From: Octopus sinensis
Taxonomy: Eukaryota
Assembly: GCF_006345805.1 (NCBI RefSeq)
Contig: NC_043001.1
Location: 60,140,001-60,204,000 of the forward strand
Direction: 5' to 3'
DNA: 64,000 nucleotides
Shown: positions 25,956-40,800 of the stretch, one piece after another
Numbering within the stretch: the first letter of the stretch is position 1
Layout: the number at the start of each line of letters is the position of its first letter
Notes under the pieces: model-generated
What the model saw: the letters and a program-made list of their open reading frames with translations, nothing else
Told to the model about the DNA's origin: nothing
Database searches by the model: none
Program-made: the position numbers and the translations under genes

Positions 25956-26182
25956 TCATGATAAATATATTATCAACGTAATAATGTTTTATGAAGTTAC
26001 TCCACCTCCAGAAAGAATGGTCCTTAATTAGGTGAAATAAATATTTATATTAAAGCTTATCAAATTATTATTAGGAAATTGACAATTTAGCAACTGTTAT
26101 TAATTTAAAACAATATTGTTTATCAGTTACATAAAACAACAACCCACATATTCACATCTATGTAAATTTCAAAAATAGCTTG

Positions 26183-26217
<35 letters not shown>

Positions 26218-29200
26218 GCTACTACTGGCCGATTATACCGTAATACATAAATTCTTCCCTATAAGCCCTCCTTATACTTCTGTACATTTGATAATAGCTT
26301 CATTCAAAGTAACAGATCCATACTCTTTCCTGCTGGCTAAAATAGCTATATACAAACGTTAAGGACGTTTGAAAGAAAAAAATGAAAGGAACAAATTCTA
26401 AACTTATTCATGAATATAGTTTTATTCCTCACTCCAACAGAAAAAAAAATGGACGAGTGTTTCGTATGCTGGGAGATTAATTCAAAAATTTCAGCCGTGC
26501 GACTAGAAGAGATTATCAATAGGCGACGACGCCCTCAAGGGAACACTAAAATATTGTTGAAAATAAGCTTCTTCATTGAACTGACGGAATTTTACGATAT
26601 AATTGCCGCCAGACTTGTAAAATAGCACAGGTTATATTGGCAAAAAGAAAATCAAAATGAAAAACAGGTCGATTGTTTGTATAACATTTAAACATATAAC
26701 TTTATCTATACGCCCCTCTCTCTTCCTATTGAGGCTCCTGCTGCTATTACTATCAGTTCTAATACTAGTGAACTGTGAACGATAATGCTTTTATTCTTAA
26801 GAAATATTTTCATGCCTCATATTTCCTTCCTCTTCTTCTTGAAAGTTAATAATAATAATTCAATTTAATGTAATTCAGCCTAAATTATAGTGCACATAGA
26901 AACTGGAATCGCTATATGTAAATGTTAAAGAATCTATAGGAAAGAAGATTTAAAAAAAAAGAGGAGTTTTAACAATATGCAGGTACATATATTTTTCCTA
27001 TTGCAGTGAAAAACATGGGAGCAAGATTCTCTCCCTTGCAATAGAAGAGAACAGTTAATATACTGAGAGAATTGTATAATCAACTTAATTTCGTGACAAG
27101 AAAAAATGACAAAAAACTGACAAAAAAATGACAAGTGACAAAAGAAAAATGAAATTAGAATCAGGTTAACAGTGACTCGAAAAGCACAACAATGGTCAAC
27201 TTTTCAGTAAACAGGATATCTCTGTCAGAGTGTCATTGTTCAGAAGATCGTTTGAAATTCTTTCTCAAATAGAATACCTACGCACCGTGCTTTTTCCTCT
27301 TTTTTAATGATAGTACCTTACCTTAGAATTAGAAGTGAATAGAAGAGTAGGATTCCACATTGCCATGACACAGGAAAACAACAGTTATATGAAATAACAA
27401 ATAGCAAGTAAGAGAAAGAAAGAAAGAAAGTAAACAGCCGAGAACTATGATGTGTAGAATGAGTAAATAATATCTGTCACGAAAAAGAGAATTAGTTTAT
27501 TAGCATTATCACGTCAATGAAAAATTGTCTTTGCCAATGTGCGTGATATATATCAGTAAAGAATGTTTGATAATTCCCCCAGAGAATATCCGTTTGCATT
27601 GGTTGCACATCTTGCCGGTAAATTAGAAACAATATCCCAGATTTTGAAGGTAGCATTAAAAATATCACGGTATTATAAATACTGAGTCTCACTGTAAAGC
27701 AGCCGCTGTAAATGATTAATAAAATTCTTAAACACAAAATTGTTTTATCTCTTTTCCTGCTCTTGTGAAAATATGCATATTCATACAAACACAAATATAA
27801 CAAAGAATTTATACAGTACCCAACGCGTTACGGATGCGTGTCGCTATTAAACTTTTATTGTAACATGGGGCACTGTCAACCGAAATATATCTTCGCCTTG
27901 ATTACTTATTGCATGGATCCCAACGAACTTAAAATCAAAAGAAGTACACATTTTTGACTTACGGAACTCCCTGTCCATCTAGAAGTTCAGGTGAGGAATG
28001 TTTCTATAACACAAGGGATGTTTGTACTAGGAAATAAGTATCAACATATAAGAATCTTGCGAGTACAGAATCGTCTCATTTGCATTTTCTTATTCATACT
28101 GTGAACATTTAACAGGAAGTAGATATAAAACGAATCCTTTATTTTTTCGTCATATTTTCACTTGTACCTTGACCACATTCCCTTTCCGATTCGTATTTCC
28201 TTATGATAGAGAGATTTCTAGTAATAAGGACAGGGATTCATCTTCATAATATGAGAAGGAATCTTTAGCGGAAAGAGGATTGCCTTCGTGAAAGATAATC
28301 ATTCATTCATATCGTATAGATATTTCCTCACCACGATGTCTCATTTTAACGGAAGTTGTAACCGCTCGAGTGCTTTATGGTAGTTTTTATTACTTTCCTT
28401 AAGTTTAGTTATGTTTCTAAAATCTGCCGATATATTTCGATAAAATTCTAAAATATATTCATATAAATATTATAATATTGCTGTAACTTGGAGAAACTTA
28501 CTGATTTGGGTGTGCAAGTTTTACGCTTTCCTCTCATTATACACTATATGGCACCATGTTGATGTTAATTTATAGTTTTCTAATATAATGACCACATCAA
28601 ATCCTGTATCGTTGAAAATTACGTCGGTTATAATATTTGCCAATATTTCGCCATGAAACGACGAACCAGAGGCAGACCTGGCGATCCATGATTTTCATGC
28701 TTACCCATCATAGTAAATGACATTTTATTTAGGCTTCCGCTTTCCCCACATCCTGTATGTTGAAGATGAAATGTTAAGTGACACTTTTCCAACACAGGAT
28801 ACTTCTTCCAGCGGGTGCGTAACACATGTCACCAATTTCTCCTTCTCTCAGATAAGGGCATTCTTTTGGCCTTAACACGACACAAGTATTTTGCACTTTC
28901 TCGTTTCTTTGTCTGTTCCTGGCAGGCTAATTCCCGTTTTATGTGCAAGATATCGCTGTGCCTCAATCCTTCCATTAAAATACTTTATAATTTGCGTTTT
29001 CTAGTTTGAACCTTCACTTACAAACAATAGAGTTTGCCTCGTTCGTGCCTTTTTACTTTGACCAAGTTTAAGTATGTGTGCTGATGTCACCAATATTGCT
29101 ACTGTTGAAGACAGACACGTTGATTAATGCTCCAACTCGTTAATTTTTATTTCTCGGAAGAGGTTTTGTCTGTTTAATATCTGTTGAGCTCAGATCAGAG

Positions 29201-30050
29201 TATTTGCTCCTGATCCAGATTATGTTTAAAGGAAGCTATTATTAGCTTGCAATTATTCTATGTAAGAGAGGTCAAATTATTTAGTCAATTAAATCGACCT
29301 CGTTACATGCGTGGTACAAGATTTATCGATAACCAGAACGATTAAAGCTAAATATGATTTCGGTGAGATCATAACCGAGAATATGAAGTTTTAACAACCA
29401 TATCATTTTTATATAACTGCCATTTCCTTATAATGTTGATGATATCCTCACATGTAAAATCTTCGGGCTGTGTATCGATGCAACCCAGAAATCGATCGCA
29501 AGAAAAATAGTTTATATGACAGGTTTCAATTATTGGAATATTCTTAAGAAAGTCAAACCTTCTTCCCTGCAACACTGCTGTGGGAGCTATATTATTTGTA
29601 AGATCTGAAAAAAGTTCTTGCAGTATTACCTAAATGATGCTGACATCAACTTGAAAATGTACACAAGTGTTGGTTCCCTGCCATCCGTTCTCAACAACAG
29701 TCATGCTGGTTTCAACTCACAGCAGTAAAACATTTATTTGTTCCAGCTAACATCATGCCAAGAACATGAGAAGAAAAAGATCTTATAACATTCTAGCGGT
29801 ACTTGGATGAAAATCTCCAACAAATATTAAATCCACCACCTATACAATATAATTCTGCAAACAATAACTCTGTATTTGAATGGGTTAAGGTGCCCAAGGA
29901 AGGGCTGTAATACGAAACATCATTAAATATCCTTTCCAGATAGTTATGCATATCTTGGCCAATTCAGGCTGAAATTTTGCTAAGTGTATACACACACACA
30001 CGCACACACACATATATAAATATGTATATATGTATATATGTATATCTATA

Positions 30051-30131
<81 letters not shown>

Positions 30132-31788
30132 CACGTTCATCCACACACACACACACAAACATACAAATACACACACACATATATACATATATATATATAT
30201 ATACTTACAATTTCATTTCACAATTTCAGCTGATTTTGCATTATAAAGAGTATACATTAGAAAATATTATTATACAAATTTGGAGAATGAGTAAGATTCC
30301 AATAAGAAAAAAGTAGACTAATTCTTAATTAACATCATGATGTGGATATTATAAGCAGTATTTCATATCAACCGTTAGTCAGAAGAGCAGGTGGTGATAC
30401 ATTAAATTTCCCACGCTATATGTGCTACTCTCCTAATCAAAGGTATTCCTTACGTTTTCAATTACAATACTTTTCTCAACGCATAAGTCAAAATAAGGCC
30501 TTAGAAATAAATACATAACATTCATCATGGCGATAAAACGTGACATGTAGCATAAACATTGTGATTGAAAAATGAGGCTTTCTCTAGATAAACATACCAT
30601 TACTGTTATTGAATTCGAAAATGAAGCAAGCACTGTGTTCGAAATATTCATGAAATCACAATTGTAAGGTTTGGAAATATATTTGTGCTGATGAATTGTG
30701 TTTTAGAAAAGCGTAACGTGTGCCAGATAAACACTATATATTAGCTAGCCATGAAAATGTTGGAATTTTCTTTCTCTGATATTTATATAATGGCGATTCA
30801 ATCTTGTATCTTCAGCGTCTTTTATCATGTCTTTTTCCACACCAGGTAGCTGTATTTTTTATAATTTTGGCTCAATGGGTGTCTCTCTCTCCTTCTCTCA
30901 CTCTGTCTGTCTCTCTCACTCACTCCACCATTTTCCCCTTATCTCAGTCTTTCTCATTCTCTCTCCCTCTCTCGTCCTTTATTGACAGTCTTCGAAGATG
31001 GGTGTATTTGATTTTCCTTTTTGAATTAGTGTTGTTTAGTATAATATAATTCCGAAATTTATTAAGCTCTAGACGAGAAGATTCAAGAATCTACAAGGGC
31101 ATCTTTTGGAGGTGGTTGGTATTTGGAGTTGGCTTGAGATACAGTAGAGGTAGTGGGAGAAGGGGGACAGGTGCATATAATGGGATTTGTTGATGATGTC
31201 ATGCAATTTGCTAGTTTCATTTACAAAATGTTCTCATATCCAATTGGTTGGGATTTATTGTACTAATGAGATGAAAACAATTCAAAGCAACCAAGGCTAG
31301 TATGCTTGCTGTTATCGATCTCTCCACAAGCTTAGTTTTCATTATATCTCCCAGGTATGTGATGATTATAAATCAGAAGAAACATTGAAGAAGTGTTCAG
31401 ATAATAGATGTACAAAATAATTACATCACGTTCTCCTGACTAAAATAATTTGCATATCCTGCAGCATGCATTCTTTGTAACATCTCCAGATTTAAATAGC
31501 AGCACCTGTCTAGATAAGTAGTTCTGTTTCTCGGCGATTCTGATAATCTGAAAAATATGTACTTGAGGGAAAAGTACACATAAATTTTAAACTATCCTTC
31601 TTACGAAACTGAAGCTCTGTACGTTTTCTCATGTTTAGATTCGAGAGAATGGCTCAGAATATATGATAATAGCACTGGGATCGATTTTAAATTCCTGAAG
31701 TATAGACCAAATCGACACATTAGTTTTATGGCTTAGAAATCTGAAGCACATTCATCGGAATATTTGAACAAAGGTAGCAAAGAATGTA

Positions 31789-33058
31789 CGAGGGGCGTTC
31801 AATAAGTAATGCCCCTGACCCACTTGAAGTTGTTTGATCTAGCTGAAATTTTGCATGTGCAATTATTTATACCTCTATAGATTAGGTGGCGAATTACAGC
31901 TCTGAACTAATTGTGGTTTCTAATTTACAGGTGTTTGAACTGAGTCAAGTGTGAAATGGAGCCTGTTGAGTGTCGAGCAGTGATCTGGTTTTTGTATTTG
32001 AAAGGACGCACACCACGGGAGACTTTTGATGAAATGAAAGTAACTTATGGTGATGATGCCCCATCATATGACCTTGTAAAACGCTGGCATCGTGAATTCA
32101 AACATAGTCGGAACTCTGTGGAAACAGCTCCCAGATCTGGTCGCCCCCTTCTGCCGTTGATGAGACGTCTGTCCGTCAAGTTCAAGCTGCCATTTTGGAA
32201 GGTCAACGCATAACTATTCGCCAAATAGCCCATAAGGTCAAGATTAGTACCGGGTCTGTGGAAACTATCTTTCATGACCATTTGCATATGCAAAAGGTGT
32301 CTGCCAGATGGATTTCCAGGCTGCTCACACCTTTCCAGAAGCAAGAACGCGTTGAGTGCTTGAGGATGAATTTGGAGATGTGCCAAGAAGATGAGTCAAA
32401 ATTTTTCAAAAGACTGATCACACAGGATAAAACCTAGGTCCATCACTATGAACCATAGACCAAAACCCAGTCAATGCAGTGAAAGCACCGTGACTCACCT
32501 CCTCCAAAGAAGGCAAGGATGCAGCCCTCCGATGACAAGGTTATGCTCACAGTCTTCTGGGACCAGGACGGAGTAGTGATGACAGATTTCCTGGCAAAGG
32601 GTACCACAATTACAGGAGCCTATTATGCTTCACTTTTGAGGAAATTAAGAGAAGCTATCAAAATCAAGAGGCGGGGCAAGATCAGCAAAGGCATCCTCCT
32701 CCTGCAGGACAACGCTCCGGTCCACAACTCACGTGTCACCAGATCAGAAGCACAGGCGTGCAGCTATGAACTCCTCCCCTTGCACCCTCTGATTTTCACC
32801 TCTTCCCAGCCATGAAGTTGATTTTGAAAGGAAAGCGTTTCCCAGATGATGCAGCCTTGATTTCTGAAGTCACGTCGTGGTTGGAGGACCAAGCTGGGGT
32901 CTTCTACAAAAACGGTCTCCAGAGCTGTATCAAACGATGGGAGAAATGCATAACTCTGGGTGGTTCCTATGTAGGAAAATACTAATAACTGTGCCAAGTG
33001 TCGTTGCTCTGCTGCTATGGGAAGTGGGTCAGGGGCATTACTTATTGAACGCCCCTCG
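31789..33058 (+). mobile_element. Full-length mariner (DD34D) transposon, defective copy 1
   Basis: Perfect 37-bp TIRs cgaggggcgttcaataagtaatgcccctgacccactt; TA TSD at 31787-88 and 33059-60; 1270 bp. Confidence 0.97.
31956..32985 (+). pseudogene. Mariner transposase pseudogene
   Basis: MEPVECRAVI.FLYLKG HTH region, VSARWISRLL (WVPHEL-like), TQDKT*, KVMLTVFWD, LQDNAPVH, APSDFHLF. Frameshift near 32145, stops, and ~20-bp deletion in the YSPDL motif. Confidence 0.93.
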
Positions 33059-33245
33059 TAGCTTACAGTATTCGTAGACGAAAAATAGTATTGGTCTTTG
33101 TGAGCACTTTCGAAAATGACTCATACTAACGAATAATTTCGATATTTGATGACTTTCTGATAATAGAACAACAAATTCAGTTATAGGGATTTAGGTAAGT
33201 TAGATTAGAAGTTTTGAGTGCAGGTTTGTATAATTTTTAGAATGA

Positions 33246-33596
33246 TTTTTTACTTGTTTCAGTTATTGGACTGTAGCCATCTTAAAAAATTTTTAGTCGA
33301 ATGTATCGATCCTAGGACTTATCCTTTTAAAGTTTGGTCTGTTTTGACGAATAACTAAGTTACGGGAACGTAAACACACCAGCACCGGTTGTGAAGCGAT
33401 GGGGATAGACACGACACGCACACACACACACACACACAAATACGCACATACATATACACGACGGGCTTCTCTCAGTTCCTCTCTACCAAATCCACTCTCA
33501 AAGCTTTGATCAGCCCGTGCCTACGCAGTGGGACTGAACCATGAACCATGTGATTGGGAAACAAGCTTCTTCTTGCAAAGCCACGCCTGTACCTGT
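33246..33596 (-). mobile_element. SINE family B, degenerate
   Basis: Reverse complement contains ggttcagtcccactgcgt, gagtggatttggtaga, and the ...ctgaaacaagtaaaa tail. Confidence 0.8.
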
Positions 33597-33683
33597 TTGT
33601 GCATAAATACGTACATATATGTATATGACTACACACGCATACCCACAAAAACAGACATTTGTAGTCACACAAATCTTTATGTA

Positions 33684-33769
<86 letters not shown>

Positions 33770-34555
33770 TAAATACACACATGCATACATGCACGCACAC
33801 ACATAAATACACACATGCATACATGCACGCACACACATGAATACACACAAATACATATCCTTAGGATGGTGGGATGCGTCTGTTGTTGGAGTGCTTGCAA
33901 ACATATTGAAATTTCACCAGGAATAAATGTAACAAACGTTTCCGTGCGCGACGAAATGTATGCCAATAGAAATAAACGACCGGAATTTACTCCTATATGT
34001 AAAAGAATAAATGGAAGACATATTTCTCTAAAAACTAGAGATACAATTACATGTATCTCAAAATAATTTTGGATTTCAACCTTCTAGCACATATAAGAAG
34101 GTGCGATTCTAAATGTACCGCTAAAATCAAGAAATTGAATTGAAACTTTAACAGAACGAACACTTGGCGGAGAATCAAGAACAGATAACAAGCGATGAAT
34201 TTTTCAGCCATCTAGATGGTATATTTCAAAGTAAGTATCACTGTTGAATGCAAAGAAAAATTACAATCCTTCATGGACCAATATAATTATGAAAAACGAG
34301 GGAAAAATATACAGAATGGTAACATATGTATCAAAATGTATGAAGCATGATATACATTTCCAACAACGTCTAAAATGGTCGTCTGACAAAGAGTAATATC
34401 TTACCAACGTACCAAAAGAAGAATTATCTAAACCAACTATTTATAAAAATAAATTCACAATGATAGTTTATTACTTGGCTTTCAATATGTAACCGGGGAT
34501 AGCAGTTTGGATTTTAGTCTGTGCATTCATTGAGTATACCAATATTACTCGAATA

Positions 34556-36132
34556 GGCGCTAGGACAATTTGCCCCGGTTATTTAGACATCTGTAATTTG
34601 TCCCCGGTCAATTCATTGTTCATAAATTCATCCCCAAGTCAATTCGTCGCAGGCCAATGCCTCCCAAAATACTTTTAAATGTGATTTTTCGAAGGAAAGT
34701 TTAGAGCAAACACATTAGAATCAAAATTGTCGTTGGACAGTTTTAGAAATATTTTTTTCCTTTATTTAACCTCTCTCTCTCTTTCCTCTTTCTCTCTCTC
34801 TCTATCTATCTATCTCTCTTAAGTATCTACTCTGAAGAGTTTACGAACAAAGATTTTCAAGTAAATCGAATTAGATTTATTCAATATGCCTACCCATCAG
34901 CATGACTACCTGCTAGACCATAATTTCAGAGAAGGGAAAAATCAAAGTGGTCGAGTAAGAAAATTATATATACACAAAAAAGAAGCAGAATGCAGATGGA
35001 TTGAACATATAATGGAGGTCCGAAAATTGTGTGTGAAAGGCGGGACTTTATACAGATGAAAATTATAATGAGCCTAAAAAGACAGGGATCCGTATTCACG
35101 CTTCAGCTGCTGCAGAGGTAAATACAAGGATAATATTTTCAAATATTAAAGTAACGTCTATTTCATCTTGTGATGCCCCTCGCTCAATTATTGCTAGTGA
35201 AGTTCAGAATTTAAACGACCTCACATTACCGCAGCTTAATAGGAATATTAGACGTTGGAGACAAGCTGATACCAACTATCCTGCCACTCCACTTACAAAT
35301 GTTGGGTTTTCCATTCCAAGTAAATACTTCACCCTTGACAATGATGAAACTTTTCTACAGTACGACAGCGGGATAGAAAATTCAAAACGAATACTAATAT
35401 TTGCAAGTGACGAAGCACTTCGACATTTAAAACAGAACAATAACTAGGCGACAGATGGAACGTTTAAGTGCAGCTCTAGTATATTTTTTTAGTTATATAG
35501 TCTTCCTATTCAAATTGATAATTTTAATGTCCCACGATTGATTGCATTGCTCTGTGACAAATGTCAAGACACATATAGTAGACTTTTTGCCAAAATAAAT
35601 GAATTACTGTAGAATGAAGGACTTGATAATATAATTATAGATTTCCAAAAAGTAGCCTATAACAGATTTCTAGAATCGTTTCCTGGGACGGATTTGGCAT
35701 ACTGCTTGCTTCATTTAGGACAAAATGTGTACAAGCATGTTGGGTAAGTAGGCCTAAAATGCAGATATCACGAAAATGACAGTTTTAGTCTAAACATGCG
35801 GTGTGTTGTTGTTCTTCCCTCCTGCCGGTTGATGATGTTGTAGATGGATATGAACAACTTGTAGATGATATTCCACAGTCAATTGTATCCTATATTGAAA
35901 ATAATTGCATAGGACCACCAAGAAGAAGACAAAGGAGGCGGCATAAATATGTAATACAGCAAACTTTAAAACAGTTTTTTTTTTAAATTCAGACATTCGT
36001 TCTCCCATTTTTCCTATGATCTCGAAGAATTTACTAACGAAGACTTGACCTGGGGACGAATTTGCCAACGACGAATTGACTGGGGACAAATTAAATGACG
36101 ACAAATTGCCGTCGACGAATTGACTGGACACG
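34556..36132 (+). mobile_element. Mutator-like (MULE) DNA transposon relic with subrepeat-built TIRs
   Basis: Transposase relics YDSG..NSKRILIFASDEAL..L, *ATDGTFKCSS.FF.LYSL, IIIDFQKVA, CLLHLGQNV (35360-35740). Left end has caatt(t/c)gtcccc-type subrepeats, mirrored as ggggacgaatt/gacgaattg at 36040-36130. Confidence 0.8.
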
Positions 36133-37111
36133 CTCCAACATATTAGACTGAGTGTGTTTATATCAACTGTAATGAAACATTGTTGGAAAAAGTAAGTAAA
36201 TTGTACATTCTGATGTGTTCGCAATTACGTGTTTTAGTGTAATCCAATAAAGTAGTCCAAAATATAAACTAAGTAGAACTTAAAGAATTTATTTAAATTT
36301 CAAAACTGACTTAAGAGAATACACCGCAAATAAATCACTGAAGAAGAGATGAATATATTAGAATATATTATAAGAAAATTAACATGTGTTGACGGAACTG
36401 GTATAACAGAAGCGGATTGTGCACTAAAGTTAAATTGGTCTCGCTGTAACTGGAGTTAGTGTGTAGAGGATAAAACTACACACCATATTGAAAATAATTA
36501 AACATTCATACGCTCCGGAAGATTTGGTACGTATGTATATTCATGCTGTTTCTGTTGCTACTGCAATTAATATCAATACTATTTGTAGTTGTAGCAGCAG
36601 TGGTAGGAGCAACAACGGCAGTACCAGTAGTAAATGTACGTCCGATGGCGTATATGGTTATAATGATGATGATGATAATAATGATGATGATGACAACGAC
36701 GGCGTCGATGATGATGATAGAGATGAAAATGAATATGATGATGAAGAGAATAACAACGATGTTCATTAAGGAGACGAAGAACATTATCATGATGACAATA
36801 GTCGTTCATAATTGTGTCGACAGAGACACTGATTAAATGGTATGTAGTATGACACACAAAAGGAAGCGGAAATTAAAACAATATTTAATTAAAGAAAACG
36901 AACAGCTTCAAATATAAAATTAACAAAATGAAATACAATAAACTCCACATTAAATAATCACAATATTTATAGAAACGTTGCCACTAATTAGCGTATTTAA
37001 TTTCACATTAAATGATTTGAGTTTCTCTTCGACACCATTCCTAATCAGATACGAATTCTACTATATCAATTTCTTTTGGATGAGAATATCCCAACATATG
37101 TGTGTGTGTGT

Positions 37112-37157
<46 letters not shown>

Positions 37158-39254
37158 TGTGTATGTATGTGTGTGCGTGTGTGTGCGTATGTATGTGCAT
37201 GTGCGTATGAGATTTTGAACGCATGGTTGTAAGAATGTATGTATTTTATATTGTTATAAGTCACATTAGCAGGCACGAAACCTAGAGGCATAAAGTATAT
37301 ATATATATCTCTTTCGAATTCTCTTAGCGCTCTCACCTCATTTTTGTACTCTGGCTGTCTTTCTCTCTCTCCTTCTACATATATGATATATAGGGTAACT
37401 GTATATATCTATACTCTAGTGTATGCATATATTTGTATGTATATGTGTGTGTATATATATTAATGTATGTATGCATCTATATACGTATATATGTACATTA
37501 ATGTATGCATATATATATATATATATGTTCTAAACATTTTTACTTATATGAATGTATATATATATATATATATATATACATATATGTTCTAAACATTTTT
37601 ACATATATATATATATATATATATGTGCATACATATACACATATACATAGATGCATACATACATGAATACACGTTAACGTACATATACAAAGATATATCG
37701 ATGATTTTACAAGCGCGCGCTACACACGACTATTATATATCTATTTATTCCTTTACCAATTAAGCAAATTTAATGAGCCTCGCACTATGCCTTATACGCC
37801 TGCAGTCATACTCCCATTTATACTTAAAATCATTTATGTTTAACCGGCATACACGCAGAACCTCAAAATCTATGCTTCCTCAACAAACAATTTGCAATTT
37901 GAAGATATTTTGTTAAAATATTTTTCATTTTTTTAGCACATTTTGGGTTGTTTGTAGATGGTAATTTTTTTTATATTGTTTGCACATACGTGATGTTATT
38001 CGGCATTTCGGGCCTTCGTATTGCGAATATCGAACGCTCCCGTCACCACTTCAAATTGGATGTAAATGCTTTTTTTAAGATATACTTATATCATAGTTCA
38101 TATTTCATTTTATTTCTTTTTATGTAAATTGATTTTAATATATATTCGATGCGTATTCTATGTTTTTTAACTTTTAAATATTTTCTTCGATGCCCCCATC
38201 TAAATGCAAGAGAAACGAGCATGACGATTTTTCGACGTGTTTGAAAGTTGTCAGCCATTAACTGGACTGCTTTGGTCAGAGCGCTGGGAAAATAAAGCAA
38301 ATACAAAATATTGGCGTAGATATTTTTTATTCACACCTTTTATGTATTTTTTTTCATTCCAATTCTGCTTCAAGTATGTTCTGTTCTCTTCTAGAACACT
38401 GTGATTCCAATTAAAATGATTTCACCACTTTTTACCCAACCTCATTTGCTCGTACTATGGACGTGTATACTCTGACATACGCATGCAAATACAATTTATA
38501 AACACACACACAACACAGTGTCCCTGAATACCTCTTGTGCGGACGCACATACACACACACACACACATATATGCAAAGAAAGAGATAGGTGGATAGATAA
38601 ATGTATAAACACACAGATAGACAGATAGATAGATGATAGATAGATGCATGTATGTGTATGCACATGAATGTATATACACACACGAGTGTGGATTCCACGT
38701 GTATGCAGACGAATATATATATATATATATATATATATTATGTGTGTGTATGTGTGTGTGTGAAATGAGTATTTATAAGTTTTTCTTTTCCCCTTTTAAT
38801 TTCACTTACTCCCTCTTTAAACTAACTCACACTTCTTTTTTGTGTTACTCTCTATCGCATTAATTCTTTCTCGTTTATACTTCCATTGATATTTCTTTTT
38901 GTTATACTTCTTTAAAATACAATCCTGCATTTCTCACACACACATCTTTAGCATTTTCTGTCTGAAACACCTGCTCTGTCTCTGACTTTGTTTCTATTTC
39001 GATATCTGTCTCCCTAACTTTTTCTCTTGTTTGTTTCTTTATCAGCTTATTTTAGATTTTGCAACGTCCTAACAACACTTTCTCTTCTCTCTTTTCTTTC
39101 TAAAGATACTTTATTGATTAACCGCTATTCATTTGTCTTCTACCTTCCGTCCATTTTCCTTCAGGCATATATAATTTCTGAAATGCAGCTGATTCTAATA
39201 ACAACAAAAATCAACCTCAGTGTCAATTCTACTACTTTTATAAATGAAATTATT

Positions 39255-39297
39255 AGTACTACTGCTGTTGTTGCTATTGCTGCTGTTGCTGCTGCTG

Positions 39298-39357
<60 letters not shown>

Positions 39358-39539
39358 TTACTACTACTACTACTAAAACTACTATTAATACTACGACGAC
39401 TACCACCGCCAACATCACCCCCACCACTTCTGCTACTACTGACGCCACCGCCACCACCACCACCACCATCACCATCACCCCCACCACTTCTGCTACTACT
39501 GACGCTGACACCATTACCACCACCACTACTACCACTACA

Positions 39540-39637
<98 letters not shown>

Positions 39638-39670
39638 CAACAACAACAACAACAACAGCAACCACAACAT
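39255..39670. repeat. Compound trinucleotide microsatellite (GCT/ACT/ACC/AAT/AAC) with an internal 60-bp duplication
   Basis: Directly visible; ccaccacttctgctactactgacgc occurs at 39421 and 39481. Confidence 0.95.
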
Positions 39671-39699
39671 CAGAAATAACGTAATAAACTATGCTAATT

Positions 39700-40800
39700 G
39701 AATCTAAGAATATTACATTAGATTACGGACGCCGAAATCATAATATTAGACTAGAATTACCCATGCAACTACAAAGTTATAGATGAAGCTGATAAAATAC
39801 TGTGTACTAAAATGGAGATAATTATGAATGAGTACCAGAGAAGAGTCAGAATAATATTAAAAACTAAACAGAATGGGAGAAAAATATGATAGTTACGAAT
39901 ATATTACCCATTCCTTTTACACGATTCATAATAAGGTTAAGCGAACTGGTGTGATTAGACTGAAAACTACCGGAAACTACTTATTGTATTCTGGAGCCGC
40001 CAAATCAAAACTAATATAGATAATCAATTTTACTCTGCGCAAAATGAAAGTGGGTTTCTGATACTAATAGACGGCTACTACAATATTTTAAGAGTAGGAC
40101 TAGAAGATAATATACAGAAACCAGCTAAGATTTGCGATAAGTATAATAAGGAAATAAGAGAAGAAACAACTTTTCTGAGTATATAAGAAAATGACAAATT
40201 GCAAAGTGGTAACTAACTATACATACGTAACAGTTTTAGATAGCAAGGTGACCGGCAGTATTAGAAATAGAAGACAAAACACTCGAAATTCCACAATTCT
40301 GTGGAATTTCGTCAAAAGATGGAAAGTAAGCAAGTGTGAGTCAAAAGATGGAAAGTAAGCAAGTTTTAAAAACCAATATCGACTGAATAGTTCGAGATTT
40401 CGAGATTAGGGTTATGTGACGGGATGTAAAAAATTCTAGCGGCACTTAATGTATTCATCATGGGAATCAACTGCAAGAAACATAATATACTGAAAATATG
40501 TTAATATTTTGTAATTGGTGATCGTTATATTTCGTAGAAATACAGATGGGGGCGTTAAGAATCACCTCAACATTTGCTGACACGTAACTGCTAGAAAGTT
40601 ACAAAGCAAAACAGAAATTCGCCTTATTATGTTTTACTGAAAATCGTTGACATAATACTGATACTAACCATAGAGAAAGTAGTCTGGAAATTACGGTGCC
40701 TATACATTTCTACGAAATTATATGTCTTCATAATGTCATGAATATCCAGTTACACAATCTAATGAATTTCCTATTTTTGTCTAAACAAAATATAAGGTTG
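39700..40800 (+). pseudogene. Very degenerate R4/Dong-like LINE 3' fragment
   Basis: Segments resemble 51780-52750 (e.g. gagtaccagagaagagtcagaataatattaaaaactaaacagaatg vs gaatattatagacgagttagatcaatactaaaaacagagctcaatg). Confidence 0.5.

Noticed and set aside
27800-29060. Possible decayed Helitron or other TE coding region
   Set aside because: No diagnostic Rep or helicase motif could be read in any frame.
39027-39701. 224-aa Thr/Asn-rich mucin-like ORF (and the Asp-rich ORF at 36488-36769)
   Set aside because: Trinucleotide microsatellites open in several frames on both strands; no splice or homology support.
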